Positions 1 to 14,349 of a DNA stretch of 64,000 nucleotides are shown in pieces. Position 1 is the stretch's first letter. The number at the start of each line of letters is the position of its first letter. This stretch comes from the human T2T-CHM13v2.0 reference genome, Homo sapiens. The notes beneath the pieces were generated by a model. It was not told the origin of the DNA. It was given only the letters and a program-made list of their open reading frames with translations, and made no database searches. The stretch is taken from NCBI RefSeq assembly GCF_009914755.1, contig NC_060933.1. One strand, written 5' to 3'. The translations under genes and the position numbers were made by a program.

Positions 1-419
1 CATGAGGATCTGCTCAGCTTAGGTAAGATGTGCAAAATGGGAGAAGATGAGAGGACCAAGATAACCACAGAAGCAAAATGGAACCAGAAGTGGCACAGAG
101 GGAATAAAGCCCCTTAAAATCTCTAGAGGTAGGAAAAGGAAGACTGGCTTTCCTACCAGGTATGCAATAAGGATTTGAAGGTTAAGGTGGGCAAAGGACC
201 TATTACATAATGACATTTGGGTTTACCAGGAATGATAATATATTGGTGGTGACCAGATAGTAACCAGCCTGTTCGATGTGGGGATGCTGCCACTATTACC
301 TAAGTCTTGATAGGGTTGAGATTTACAGACAAGGCCCAGACCACTTCAGCTCCTGCCCTCAGCATCTCTAAAATTTTGCCTTAGATTATTGAATGTGTCC
401 ACAAACTAACTTGAGAGGT

Positions 420-663
420 TTAGCATATGTATTAGGCACATAGCCTCTGGATCCAGACTACTTGGATTCTACTCCTGACACTGCCACATACAAGCTGTGT
501 GGCTTTGAACACGTTGCTTCCCCACTCCATGCCTCAGTCTACTCATCTATGAAATGAGGATAATAAGAGCACCTATTCAATAGGATTGTTATGAAGTTTA
601 GAACAAATTAGCAGCACAGCAAAGCGATTAGAACAGTGTTTGGCTTATAGTAAATGCTCATTT
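420..663 (+). mobile_element. MIR SINE
   Basis: MIR core GCCTCAGTCTACTCATCTATGAAATGAGGATAATAA and tail AGAACAGTGTTTGGCTTATAGTAAATGCTCA. Confidence 0.85.
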
Positions 664-664
664 A

Positions 665-966
665 CAACAGTCCTCCCCTTATTTGCAGTTTCACTTTCTG
701 CAGTTATTACCCACTGTAAAGTAAAATAAGATGTTTAAAGAGAGATCACATTCACCTAACTTGCGTTACAGTATATTGTTATAATTTTCTATTTTATTAT
801 TAGTAATTGTTGTTAATCTCTTACTGTGCCTAACTTATAAATTAAGCTTTCTCATAGGTATGTATACCTAGGAAAAAAACATAGGATATATAGGGTACTA
901 TTCATAGTTTCAGACACCTGCTGGGCATCTTGGAACATATGCCCCACAGATAATGACAGACTACTG
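665..966 (+). mobile_element. MER44A-like TcMar-Tigger MITE
   Basis: Termini CAACAGTCCTCCCCTTAT...GACTACTG; internal ATTGTTGTTAATCTCTTACTGTGCCTAA matches MER44. Confidence 0.85.
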
Positions 967-1099
967 TTGTATTACCTAGAAGTATTAGTAATAGTAGCAG
1001 GAGAAAGAGCAATGATGGTAGAACTAGAGGACAGCCACTGATATAGTGACCTGAATCCAGGCTCCTCAAGTCCAGGCCTTGGCAGCACTATTGCAGCCC

Positions 1100-1585
1100 T
1101 GTTACGGGGTAAATTGTACTCTCAAAGAGATATGTTGAATTCCTAATCTCTGGTACCTCAAAATGTGACCTTATTTGGAAATAGAGTTGTTACCATTGTT
1201 ATCCACATAATTAGTTAAGGTCATGCTGGAGTAAGGTGGGCCCTTAACTCAATATGATTGTGTCCTTATAAGAAGAGGTGAGAGAGGCACAGGGAAGGGA
1301 GTGTTGTGTGTGGACAGAGACACCCAGGGAGAAGAATGCCACGTGGCAATGGAGGCAGAGCTCTGAGGCAGCTGCAAGCCATAAAACACCAAGGGTTGGT
1401 GGTGACATCCGAAGCTAAGAGAAGGGCATGGAACAGATTCTCCCCTAGAACCTTCCAGAGGGTGTGGTGCCGCCATCACCTAGATTTCAGACTTCCTGCC
1501 TCTAGAGCTGTGAAAGAGTAAATTCCTGTTGTTTTAAGCCATCCAGCTTGTGGTAGTTTGCTATGGAAGCCCTAGGAAGCTACTG
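1100..1585 (+). mobile_element. MLT1B/C MaLR solo LTR
   Basis: AATGTGACCTTATTTGGAAATAG, GATTTCAGACTTC...CTGTGA...TGTTGTTTTAAGCCA...GCCCTAGGAA. Confidence 0.85.
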
Positions 1586-2102
1586 TGGGCACCCTCAGAT
1601 ACCTCTGACACTCTAAACTCCTGGCCTCTCCAGCCAGGAGCTCCCCAGCAGAAAAGCCAGAAGCACCCTGGCTCTCAGCCACAGCTCTCCTGCAGGTGCT
1701 CTGGCCCCTCTCAAATACTACCACTTGGGAAGAATTCTGGTGGATTCTTTACTCTGGACTTCTCTCCTTGAGGCACCTCACCACCACTGCTGGTGCCTCC
1801 AGCAGTCACTGCTCCAGCAGCAGCATCCAACTCTGCTCGGCAGCCACGGTGCACCGGGGGTCTGGGGCTGAGAGGGTAAGGGCAGGAGACATCCCTTACA
1901 TACCTCTAGGTCGCACTGTGCCCTGTACAGGGCTGCATCTGCCCTGAGGTCTCACATGGGAGGGATCCAGCCTCTCAGCTCCAACTGTCATCCCTCTGTC
2001 AATGCTCAAAATCCATTGCTTCTGCTGACAGCAGGGCACAGAGGCCACCAAATCCTGTCATTCTTCTCTTCCCTCCTCCTCCCTCCCAGTCAGACACCCA
2101 GT

Positions 2103-2140
2103 CACACATATACAAACACACACACACACACACAAACACA
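2103..2140. repeat. imperfect (CA)n microsatellite
   Basis: CACACATATACAAACACACACACACACACACAAACACA. Confidence 0.85.
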
Positions 2141-2560
2141 GCAATGCAAACACACAAGCACACGTGCATATCCATCATCTCTTTCCTTTTCCTTCCTAAG
2201 AGAAAAACCTACTAAAGCCATGGGTTGACTGGATGGAGCAGTGTGTGTAACAGTGTGATGATATTGACTACGCCCCTGACATACCCACATCTCAGCCCCC
2301 ACCCAGTTAGGATGTGGGAGCACAAAGGAAGAAGGGAGCCATTTGCACCAAAGAATCACAGAGGGCTTCACAGAGGAGATGGCATCTAGACTATAGTGTC
2401 CAGATAATGGACACTCAGGTTTTCTACTGAGTGGCCTGAAACATGGGTGTGCGGAGGAGCCTGGCAGGACAGGAAGCTAGAAAATTAGGTTAGGGCCAGT
2501 CCTAGAAAACCATGGCAAGGTCTAAGTAGTATCCTTCAACATGGTGTTTCTTAGCCAGGC

Positions 2561-2683
2561 TGGTGTATCGGATCCCCAGAAAGACCTTTTAAAAGACATA
2601 TACCTTCCCTCTCCACCTCTCTCCTCACTCCACATCACTTCCAACATTTTATAGCTCGGGTAAAACTTAGAAATATGACTTTG
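2561..2683 (+). repeat. 123-bp donor segment, duplicated at 4978-5100
   Basis: Manual ungapped alignment, 11 mismatches in 123 bp; its 5' part may be a decayed MER5-like end. Confidence 0.9.
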
Positions 2684-3984
2684 ATCATGTGCCCTGTGTA
2701 ATTCTGGCATTTGCCCTTTATCCTCTACCATTGCAAAGCTCTGTCACAGAAATGGGGAGCCATCGAAGGTGTTTGAGGAGGAAGTGGCATGATCCAACCT
2801 GTATCAAAAGTATCTTGGAAGTTACCTGTGATATGTGCAGCAAATGATAGCCCACAGAGAGCCCCAAGCATGCACCTTAGTCCACATGTCCACAGCTAGC
2901 CTATAATGCATCTTTGTGCAAATCAAGAAAAGATGCCGTAGCTCCAGCAACATTTTTTAAAGTGGGTGTATTAACCAGCATACCCCTAAGCGGTCTGGCT
3001 TTGGCAGAGCAGGGATGTGGGCAGATGGCCCCTCCGGCTATGATAGCGCCCCTGGCATGGCCCTCATGTAAAGGGGGAGGTGGAGGAAGAGAAGTGAGGG
3101 GATAGGGCAGAGGGGGAAGATCTAGCCCTCACTTTAATCTGTTCCATCAGCTAAAATTCACAAGCACAGACATTCAGCATCTCCAGCTTCTTTTCAAAAT
3201 GGTGGCCAGAGTGTGTGTGCCATAGGAATTATGTGGTGCTGCTGCTGTGTGGATATGCCCCCTTGGATTGGCCTGACTGTGCCCCAGGGGAAGTTTTCAG
3301 AGGTCAGTGGGCAAACCCCATTGACCCTACATCTTGTCTACTCCCACATTCGCCCAGCACAGGCACACACACCATTTGCAGAACACACTCTCTGAGACTC
3401 CAGTCTTACCCCTCAGATGAAGCAATGGTGTCAGATTGTGAGAGAGGAAAAATGGAATTGGGTCTCCAAGAGCAACAGGCAGGTGAGCTCAGGAGTCATC
3501 CAAAGTGTGTTTGGGACTGGGGCAGCCATGCACATGTGTGTTCACCAGTGAGTGTGTTGTACAATTGATTCCCCTGGGTGTATGCACAGCCCTGTATGCC
3601 AGCTAGAAGGCTTGGATTCTCTGACTGTGTTCACTATCTCATGTAAGTTAGTCTATATTTCTAATTTGAAAGGTGTTTCCTCATATGTGCCACACTTGTC
3701 CAGTGCACAACCTGAACATCTGCACATAGTGGCTCTGATGGTCCACTGAAAAGTCCTGTGTATCTGACTCTTCCCATAGGACTGTTGGGAAGATCAAATG
3801 AGATGAGAGATGGAAAAGCACTTTGATCCTAGATTTTATTATTATTTTTATTTCTACAGCCTTGAACGAATGTCCCTCCTGGGTCTTTGAATTACCTCCT
3901 AGACCATTCTTTTTCTATTGACTTTGGATCCCCAAGAGAGAATCACATTTCAACGAGGTTTAGCTGCTGCAGATTTGTGAAATG

Positions 3985-4100
3985 ATAGAATGACAGAGCT
4001 GGAAGGCACCCTACGGACCATGGACTCTCCCTTTCATATAGATGGGGAAACTGAAAACACAGAGGTACGGCACCTGACCTGAAGACATACAGCAGGCTAG
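3985..4100 (-). mobile_element. MIR3/MIR fragment
   Basis: AGAGCTGGAAGGCACC...ATAGATGGGGAAACTGA. Confidence 0.6.
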
Positions 4101-4678
4101 CTGAAGCATTTCACCTTGACCCATTTGCATGGTGCTGTTCTGTGGCTCTGAGTTAGGAATATTATTCACAGGGGTCACAGAAGGTCCTGCTTCCCCATCA
4201 GCTACAAGACCTCAGGCATCCTCTCCTCTCCAAGGCTCTTTCCAAGAGAGCCTTTGGGAACTGAGCAGGACCATGGGACCCCTCTCCGTGTCTGCAGCTG
4301 AATTGGCAGGCTCAGAGCTTGCCAGAAAGGAAGTAAACAGGCATTGGGACAAGGGTGTCCCTCCACACCGTCTCAGCTGCCTCCTGTGTTCAAAAGACAG
4401 TTAACACTTCACATGGAACTCTTGACAGAAATACACTATTTTGTGCAGAGTTCCTGACAGGCTGGCAGGAGAGTCTCAAGAGAAACAAAAGGAGATTTAT
4501 TGGGAAGAAAAGAGAAGGCAGTTGGTATCGTATGAGAAGTGGGAGCAAAAAAAAAAAAAGAAAAAGAAAACGGTTCTGGTGAAATGTATGCTGGTCAACC
4601 GGCAAACAAAACACAGACACTTTCGATCCATCTTGCTCAACAAACTACACCTCAGTGATGCCTTTCTAAACAGAATGA

Positions 4679-5118
<440 letters not shown>

Positions 5119-5768
5119 AAAGACTCTTTGCTAGCACTGACTGCTAAAAGAGAAGAGCACAGTTGTAGCTCTATTACTATAGAGGTTTTCTTTTGGTGAT
5201 CAACTTTATGATCACAAATGTCATTATTAGGCACAGCCTGCTTTACACTAGTCTGTTTGTCCTATCCCATAAGCAGATGGTGAATGTTTTCCCATGCAGG
5301 AACCATGCGGCTTCAGATACTCTGCCCAGCACCTGACCAGGGCTGAGGATAGATTTGGCATTTAATGTATTTTTGAAGAAATTTTCATTAAAAACAAAAT
5401 ACTAGGGCATCTGATCTGAGAAGTCTAAATGTTCTTCAAGGAGACAGAAAATCAGGATATCTGAAATATAAACTTGCCTGAACACCTAAGCCAGGTGGGC
5501 ATAGTATACGTGTTATTTGACAGGTGAGAAATAATAGCAACTAAGACAATGACGATAACCATAGCAGATATCTCCTCACCCAATAGATCATAAGACTGCC
5601 TTCTCTAATGTCCAACTTCTCTAATATTCATGTAGCAATTCAACAAATATTTCATGAGCATCTGCTGTGGGCTAAACCTTTGCAGAAGGGAATATAGAAA
5701 CAAAGAAAATATGATCACTGCCTTCAAAGGGATCAGATTTCAGGGGGCAAATGCATGAATAAAAGATG

Positions 5769-6500
5769 CAGTCAACCCTTAAACAATGCAGAGGTAAGCA
5801 ATGCAGTCAACCCTTAAACAATCACTGACCCCTGTGCAGTTGAAAATTCAGGTATAACTTTTGAATCCCCCAAAACTTAACTACTAATATTCTACTGTTA
5901 AACGGAATTCTTACCAACAACATAAACAATCAATTAACACTTTTTTTTTTTTTTTTTTTTTTGAGACAGAGTTTCACTCTTGTTGCCCAGGCTGGAGTGC
6001 AATGGCATGATCTCAGCTCACTGCAACCTCGGCCTGCCAAGTAGCTGAGACTACAGGCGCCTGCCACCATGCCCAGAAAATTTTTGTATTTTTAGTAGAG
6101 ACAGGCTTTCACCATGTTGGTTAGGCTGGTTACAACTCCTGACCTCAGGTGATCCACCCGCCTCAGCCTCCCAAAGTGCTCGGATTACCGGCGTGAGCCA
6201 CCATGCCTGGCCTATTTTGTATGTTATGTGTATTACATACTGTACTCTTACAATAAAGTAAGCCAGAGAGAAAATGGTATTAAGAAAATCAAAAGGAAGA
6301 GAAAATATATTTACTATTCATTGAGTAGAAGTAGATCATCATAAAGATCTTCATCCTCATCATCTTCATTTTAAGTGGGCTGAGGAGGATGAGGAAGAGA
6401 AGGGGTTGATCTTGCTGTCTCAGAGGTGGCAGAGATAAAAGAAAATCTGTGTCAAAGTGGACCCATGCAGTTCAGACCTGCGTTGTTCCAGGGTCAGCTG
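5769..6500 (+). mobile_element. Tigger2a (MER28) DNA transposon
   Basis: TIRs CAGTCAACCCTTAAACAA / TTGTTCCAGGGTCAGCTG-TA; internal AACTTAACTACTAATA and TACAATAAAGTAAGC. Confidence 0.9.
5941..6212 (-). mobile_element. AluSq/Sp-like, about 35-bp internal deletion, nested in Tigger2a
   Basis: Poly-T then GAGACAGAGTTTCACTCTTGTTGCCCAGGCTGG...CCTGGCC; deletion between AACCTC and GGCCT. Confidence 0.95.
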
Positions 6501-7379
6501 TATATCATACAATAGGACTACTGCTATCATCAAGGTGCAAGCAAAGTGCTATCGGAGCAAAGAGGAGTTCCCCTAACTCTGCAAGAGAAGACAGGGTTGA
6601 CTTCATAGGACAGGGGACTTTTGAGTTGGGCCTTGAGGGTTGAAAGGGTAAGGGAGCTGGAAGAACCTTCTCAACAAAAGAAACTGTAGCAAGGCCTTGA
6701 AGAGCAGGGCATGTTTGAGCCACAAGGGGAAGTTCAGTGGAGCTGGTGTAGGTTGGACAGTGGTGAGGAATGAGGCTGTGAATGCCTGGTTGGAGAGGTG
6801 AGGCTCTGACCTTAGGCCCAACTTAGGGAGGTTTGTGAGAAGGGGAGCAAGGCTCTTGTGGGAGTATTCGGAAAAGACTGGGTTGGTGGAGACCCCAGGC
6901 AGAAACCGCAGATCAGAAGCTGTTTCCTCCAAGAGATTTTGAGGTCCGCTGCTATAACAAAGGGACTGCAGGTAGATTTGGGAGATATTCCTGAAGATAA
7001 ATGACAACACTTAATAGCCATTTGGGTGGAGGAAAAAACACGCTCACAAAAGATGAGGTTTCCAGCTCACATAACAGAAGCTAATGGTGCTGTTAGCTAA
7101 ATTTGGAAATAAGATTAAAAATCCAATCCAGGGAAAGAAACAGCAAGTACAGAACTGCCCCCGTCCCTTCGTTAGAGCTTTCCTTTGCAATTTTCTCCCC
7201 TTCCCTTGCCCAACGTCTAGTGGACATTTCTTTATTAATTATTACTACCTACCCACAAGAAACATACACCCGCTTGGGGATGAAGACATGTATATAAATA
7301 TTGTCATATACGATAAACTGGTACCTTTCAAAATAGAGATCTCTGGAAGGTGGAAAAAAGAAGATGATCCTTGTTGAAG

Positions 7380-7660
7380 AAATCATAAAAGGCTTCCTAG
7401 AGGAGATGGCATTGGATTTCAGCCTTGAGGAATGAGTAAGTGTTCAACCCACAAAAATATGGTGCGGAGAGCATGAGCCAAGGCAATGACGGACAGGGAG
7501 TTGAGGCAGTCTGGCAATATTGACAGAATGGAGGGGAATTATGAGAGGGAAAGTAGGAAATATAGGAAAATCCAGGGGGAATTGGTGTTGAATTAGGGAC
7601 ACAGTGGAAAGCCATGGAAGGTTTCTGAGCAGAGAAATGACCTTGAACTTCAGAAGGTTA
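7380..7660 (-). mobile_element. L2 fragment
   Basis: GGCTTCCTAGAGGAGATGGCATT...GCCATGGAAGGTTTCTGAGCAGAGAAATGAC. Confidence 0.65.
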
Positions 7661-8409
7661 CGGCCATCAATGGCAGAGGCCTAGATGGAACCATGGAGGA
7701 AGCTTGAAACGGGGAAGGAGAAAACAACTTTCTAAGCCACCTATGCAGCCTCACTGGGTCATCAGTTCCTGGGCTCATGATAGCCCTCTTCTGGGACCAG
7801 CTCAAGAAAAGCTCTCAGAGCTAATAACTTTATGTTGAGTCTTGTGTAAAACCAGGTTGGATTAATTATTGATGCAAACTTAGGCAAATGAAAGCTCCCT
7901 CTGGCTTGGCAAGGTTCCCCTCAGCAAAATTAGCTTAAGCAGCTCTGGCTGCTTCCTGGGGAGAGGCACACGTCTGTCAGCGGCTCGCGACCCACCCACA
8001 GGGACACGCACATGCAGGGGCTTTGAACCTCTGACTTCAGATCTGTGCCCAGAATCTCAGCCGCCCCCACATGCCATCTGGGCTGGGGGTGGGGAGTAGG
8101 CCCAGAATGAGCAAGGAGCTCACACCCAGGCCTCCCGTGGATTCCCTTGCAGAACGGCCATGCATGGAAAACAGTATCGGTGGTAACAACCTCGCAGATT
8201 CAATTCCATCCCGTTTAATTAAATGGCTTTGGTGCTCACAAATTGCAGCAATAGATGCGAGCTCATGCCAGACACACAGCTGCAGACCCGCAGCACAACG
8301 CACTTTGGAAGATGCAGCAAAGGTCAGTCACTGCCCCGGGGAGGGCCCAGCACCAGACAATGCAAATGAGAAACAAGAACACACTCCAGTCCACACCGCC
8401 TCCTGGAGT

Positions 8410-8840
8410 GAACAAGTTTCATTCAACGACTTCTTTCACAGACATTTATTACAATTCTATTACGCACCTGGCCCTGTTGCAGGTATTGGAGGTAAAGAGG
8501 TGAAAGAGATGGCCTTGCCCTTAAGAAACCCCAAATCTCCTGGGAACATGGAGGAAAAAACAGACCATGACTTGTTTTTACTTGGTGTTTTTACAGGACA
8601 GCCTGGTCTGAGAGTACCAGGGAAGGCCTGGAGGGCAAATGGAATGCAAGAAGTGAGGATACCCTCTCAGCTGTACACTTGCATTCCTTGCCTTATAAGC
8701 CATGCCAAGTGTTTGGACATTATCCTGAGTAGACGGCAGCCACTGGAGGAAGGGGAAGATTAAGCAGGGAATGTATTTATTAAACACACTCAATGTCACA
8801 GACACCATGCCCGTGCTCAGAATACTGCAGGAAGCAAGGC
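8410..8840 (-). mobile_element. L2 fragments
   Basis: TTCACAGACATTTATTAC...CTATTACGCACCTGGCCCTGT; GGACATTATCCTGAG...GCCACTGGAGG. Confidence 0.55.
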
Positions 8841-9366
8841 ATTTATAGTTCCAGTCTCCTCCCCCACTAACAGTTTCTCCCCTGCCTTCCAGGCAAACAT
8901 CAAGCCTATGAAAATTCTAAGATTCTCCAGGCAGACCAATATGAAGGAACAGAACCTGAAGCAGGTCACTTGAGGGAGACAAGTAGAAATGCAGCATTAG
9001 AGACTCAATGAGTTTGGCCATATAATTTCCTGTGGCATTCCCCCACTCCTGAGAAATGGGCATAATGCAACATGTGCTTTCTACCCATCAGGCAGGCCAC
9101 AAGATTCAACTGTGAAAGGCCAAGTACACAGTAGACACTCAGCACATGTCTTGAATGAATGAAACACCATGGAAGTTCTCGGTCAACTGAAAAAACTGTA
9201 CAATATAGGAGATGAGTATTTCACTCTAGTTCTCAGGCTCTTCATTTGTCAAGTGGGTAGAGTATCTGTTGTTTCTGCTGTAATAGACAATCAGTTGCAC
9301 TTTACAGTTTACAAAAAGGAATGAGGGTTGGAAATAGCATTTCCTGAGCATTTATTTGTTCATTCA

Positions 9367-9672
<306 letters not shown>

Positions 9673-12087
9673 TTCTGTGTAACCTTAAATAACAAAGCAC
9701 AGTCTGGTAAAACAAACCAAAGATTAAAGAACAAACTGATGTGGACTCACATTTTGACGCTTCCTTTTACAGTTTGCTAGAATCTGAAGAGGTTACTAAA
9801 CGTCTGAGTCTTTTTCTTCATCTATGCTTTGCGGGGTTGCTAAGAGTCTAAAATAGAACTACATAACATTGTAGAACACATCACATGTAGCTGTGCTTGA
9901 CTGCTTGACACATAGTAGGTGCTCCATATTCATCTCCCAGATTCATCCCTAATTTTCTTAATGACAAAACACACCCTTGTTGAGCCTTGGTTTCCCAGCC
10001 CCTAATGCTGGAGTAGCCAATTTTTTTCTGACTTAATTATACCCTCCAAGAAAGTGCCTCATGGTGCATGCACTAAATTAAAACATTAATTAAAATAAAG
10101 CATGAGCTCAGCAACAATTAAAACCAGAGAAGAAATATATAATAAAATAATTCATACATGCATATATATATATATTCTATATAAAGCACTCGGTCTTAGA
10201 GCTCTCAGGATCCAAAAATGGCTTGAAGGCTCACAACAAGAAATTGGTTCCCAAAATCATGTAGGATATCCAGGAACCACAAACTTCCAAAGGATATGCC
10301 CTTTGAGTCTCTCGAGTAGATGTTGTGAAATGTTAGCAGAATTCAGCTTTTGTCCATTTGTTCATTCAAAGTTATCTGGTGAAATGCAGCTAGATATTGG
10401 GGACTCAGAGAAATCCTTCTGTCATTAAATGAGTATTTGTTATGTGCTACTCCATGGCTGTCTCTGTGCCAGGATCTGGGAATGCAGAAAGAACAATGTG
10501 GCCCCTGTTCCCTAGAGGAGCTCTGAGCCCAGTAGCCAGGCAAAGTGATGCTCATATAAAGCAGTGGCCCAGAACACCCAGTGGCCTTACTCACACTCCT
10601 GCTGACTCTTCACTGTTTCCAGAAAACCTGGTGCACTTTCTTTCCTTTAGCCTTTGCTGGACCACTTACTCTCCTACAATCATCTTTTATCTAACAAAAC
10701 CTTGCTCCTTGTTCAGGATCCACCTCCCAGGAAGCCTGCCTTGGCCAGCTCACCCCAGCCAGTTGCTCCCTTCACCAAGCTTCTTTCCTCCCGACTGACT
10801 GCATCATTGACTGAACAAAACACTTACTGCTTGGTTGTTGATACCTGTGTCTTATGAGGACACATCACACAATGGGAAACATTCAAAATGTCTGAGTTCC
10901 AAGGAGGGACCTGAGAGACAATCTGGTCCACTGCCTTTATTTCACACACATAGGGCCTGAGAGCCCCAGAGAAGAACCCACAACCCCACAGTGACACACG
11001 ATGAAGAGTGCAGCCAGCATCTCAGCTCCCAGACCATGCTCTTTCTGTTTCTATTACCAAGGTGCCCTGACTCTGTCACTGATAATCTTGTTCCTTCAGG
11101 TTTCTGGATAATAAAAAGAAATACTAATTTATCAAGCAGGATCTTAAGATTTGGGTGACCAGATTTTGACCCCAACATCACTGCAAAAACAAACTGTGGT
11201 CACCCCAGGCTCACAGTCTCAATGGAAGATATTTTGCAAATATCACCTCCTCCAGGAAGCATTCCTGATTAGCCTAGCTCATCCTGAACTCCCCTGCATG
11301 AGGCCTGTCACATGGTTCAGCATCTCCTAGAGGAGACAGCTGATAAATTCTTACATTCCCGAGCTCCCCAACTCTGCTAATCCCAAGAGAGTTGATGCTT
11401 TATGAATCATTTTCCTTAGCATTTGTGATAAATGAGACTTTGAGGGAAAAAAAAATTGGGTTCCACGTTTGCTTATTAGTTCTCCAATCTATAAACCCAT
11501 AAAAGAAAGAGCAGTCACGTTGGCGCCTAGCAGTCTAGGTTTGAGCCTCATTTTGGTACCGCTTGTCTAAGCCTCGGCTCAGCTTTGCTCAATTTCCTCA
11601 TGGTTTGGGCTTCTTCTCCCATCACTGTAACAGCCCCGGTGTCCCCTGGCAAGTGTGGTTACAGCATTCTTGGGAGATGTTGAAGCAGCAAGCCCTCCAA
11701 TGTGGTGTGTGCTCCCAATTTCAGTCCCAGAGGTCTCCTTTTATCTTCTTGTAGCCTCTTGAAGGCGTGCCAGTAATCTGTCTGTAAATACCGAACAAAG
11801 GACTGTATGGAACCAGACTTCATTTCACATCTTGGCAGGTTGAGAAAGGACTCAAATAAGTTTAGGTAACTATTCTGGGCTTTACATTTCAGCAGCGGGG
11901 GTTCTGGATCAAATCACTTCGGTTAATGTGGCTTTCTTCGGTTATTTGGAATTAAGCAAAATCAGTGCACTTTGGTGATAACCTCCATTCACTTTTTCTC
12001 TTAGAACACCTTTCCCTTATCCTCAATGACTTTGAAGGTTAACATAGGCTGGTCTGACCATTCCTTGTGCCCTCCTAGCAGAGCAAA

Positions 12088-12343
12088 CAGTACAGGGTCA
12101 TGAAATCCTATGAAGTTTAGCGTAGAGCAGACCTGAATTCAGGCCTTTGTTCTCTTTTTAGTTATGGGATCCAAGGCAAATATCCTAACATTTCTGGGCC
12201 TCAGTTTTTCCATCTGTAAGATGTAAATAATAACAATACCTGCCTCATACGTTGTAGTGAAGATTAAATGAGAAAATGGTATGTAAAATATTTAGCAGGG
12301 TGCCTGGCATATAGTAAGTACTCCATAAATATTAGCTACTATC
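12088..12343 (+). mobile_element. MIR (near full length)
   Basis: GGCCTCAGTTTTTCCATCTGTAAGATG...GATTAAATGAG...GTGCCTGGCATATAGTAAGTACTC. Confidence 0.9.
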
Positions 12344-13486
12344 ACTGGCTATATTACACTATCTATATTGTTATAATCATTAGTAGTAATGATAGTAGTA
12401 TTAATCATTCTTATTAATTCAGTGTGCATCCTGCTCCTGTCAAAGAGAGAGCTGCTAGCAGAGATATCGACCAAAGTCTGGGTGTTCTTTCCATATAACC
12501 CTCAGAATGTCCAGGCTTCCATGGTTATGGAGCAGTGACTAGAGTTCATATGAGATTTGAATTTTATTTAACAGCATTTATTAAACACTTACTGTGTGCC
12601 AAGCTCTGTGATAGCCACCTATAAAGATATATAAGACAGCCCCTGCCCACTGGGCACCAGACAAGGACATGATTCAGAGTAACATATTCTGATAGAGATA
12701 GTCATTCATCCCTTATGGCATCACCCCTCAACACCACCTCCTCCAGAAAGCCTTCCCAGATTACCCTAATATCCTCGGATTCTCTCCTATCAAGTCTCTA
12801 CTGCCACATCGTTTGGCATCTCCTTGAGAAGAAATGACCATTCTTTCCCCTCCTATGAATTCAGCCCTGCTGATCTCAAATGGGTAATACTCTGAGAACC
12901 CATTTCCTTTTCTTTTGTGGTAAACTAAACCTTCAACAGAAACTGGATCAAGCTCCTGTTTCTTAGTTTCCTGGCCTCATAATGTAAAATAAAGAAGTCT
13001 CAAACTGGAGCCTAACAGCTTGGTTTAATCTTACTTTTGAGGACTCAGCTGAGTCGCTTCTTTTTCTGACCCCAAGTATTCATCTACAAACGGGGCTGTC
13101 TCCTGGGACCATTGTGCTGACTATACAGCATGAACCACAGTGACTGGCACATAGTAGGACTTTCATCAACTCATTTCCTTTCTTTCCTGGTCCTTCCCCC
13201 TAGAAATGCCACTGACTGGTCACACATCCCTGCAGAGCCTGGAACCAAGGCAGGGCTGGACAAGTCATATGCAATTAAAATTTCATTCCTTTACCAAGCG
13301 GAGTACAGTACATTTACTAATGTAATTACACTGTAATTGTTGCAGTCAGTGAACAATATGCATTTATGAGGCAGTGTCCTCCATAATTATAGCCCCTTCC
13401 CACTTCCTAATCCAGAGTCACCTACTGAGGATGTCCTACCACTCAGAGAAATATACTGACTTTCTTGGAAGAAATATGAGGGTGGG

Positions 13487-13903
13487 TGCTATAGTTTGAA
13501 TGTTCATGTTCCCTCCAAAATTCATGTTGAAACTTAATACCCAATGCAACAGTATAAAGAGGTAAGGCATTTCAGAGGTCATTAGGCCATGAGGGCTTCA
13601 CTCTCCTGGATAGGATTAGTCCCTTACAAAGGTCTGGAGAGAACTAGAGAGGCCCCTTTTTGCCTTCTATCCTTTCCAACATGTGAGGACAGAGAGTTTA
13701 TCTTCTCCAGAGGATGCAGCAACAAGATACCATCTTGCAAGCAGAAAGCAGCCCTCACCAGACACTGAACCTGCTGTTTCCTTGATCTTGGGCTTCCCAG
13801 CCTCCAGAACTGTCAAAAACAAATTTCTGTTCTTTATAAATTACCTAGTCGGTGGCTGGTAAGCACAGCTGCTTTTTTATAGCAGCACAAACAGACTAAG
13901 ACA
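13487..13903 (+). mobile_element. MSTD/MSTC MaLR solo LTR
   Basis: TGCTATAGTTTGAATG...GACTAAGACA with perfect 5-bp TSD GTGGG. Confidence 0.9.
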
Positions 13904-14349
13904 GTGGGTATCCGAGGATGCTTTTATTTTTTCCTTTTTGACTATTCCAGACACACTGATGGTGGACAGAGGAGAGGGGAAGAGAGAAGGTCAAGATACT
14001 CCCTACTTCCCTTCTAAGTGTTACCATCATGAAACTTGCCTTATCTTGTTGGGGAGAAAACTTGGGATACAGACACTTAAGTTTCTGATGCTCTTGCCCC
14101 ACACACTCCTCACCTGAGCAAGCTCCTTCTCTGTGTCCTCTCTGCAGGGCTGTTGGCATTCAAGAGACAAGACCTAAGACTTCGACCTTCAGATTTTATG
14201 AAACCTGAAGCAAAACAAGAAGTTGGCCCTGCCCAGAGTTGTTTCCCTAGCCAAACTGTAACAGTATTGAAATTCCAGCATAACACTATCATTTGACCCA
14301 AGCAGTGCAAGACCCTCATTTGTGTAATCATAGCTATTAATACAATATG

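Larger units (their letters stand above)
5630..6800 (-). mobile_element. L2 fragments (split by Tigger2a)
   Basis: ATTCAACAAATATTTCATGAGCATCTGCTGTG L2 3' end; TTTGAGTTGGGCCTTGAGGG downstream. Confidence 0.6.

Noticed and set aside
4547-4570. A-rich run as the tail of a processed pseudogene
   Set aside because: No AATAAA, TSD or recognisable upstream mRNA-like sequence.
8071-8763. Longest ORF (230 aa)
   Set aside because: No recognisable domain, its 3' half runs through antisense L2 fragments, and there is no promoter or exon context; most likely chance.
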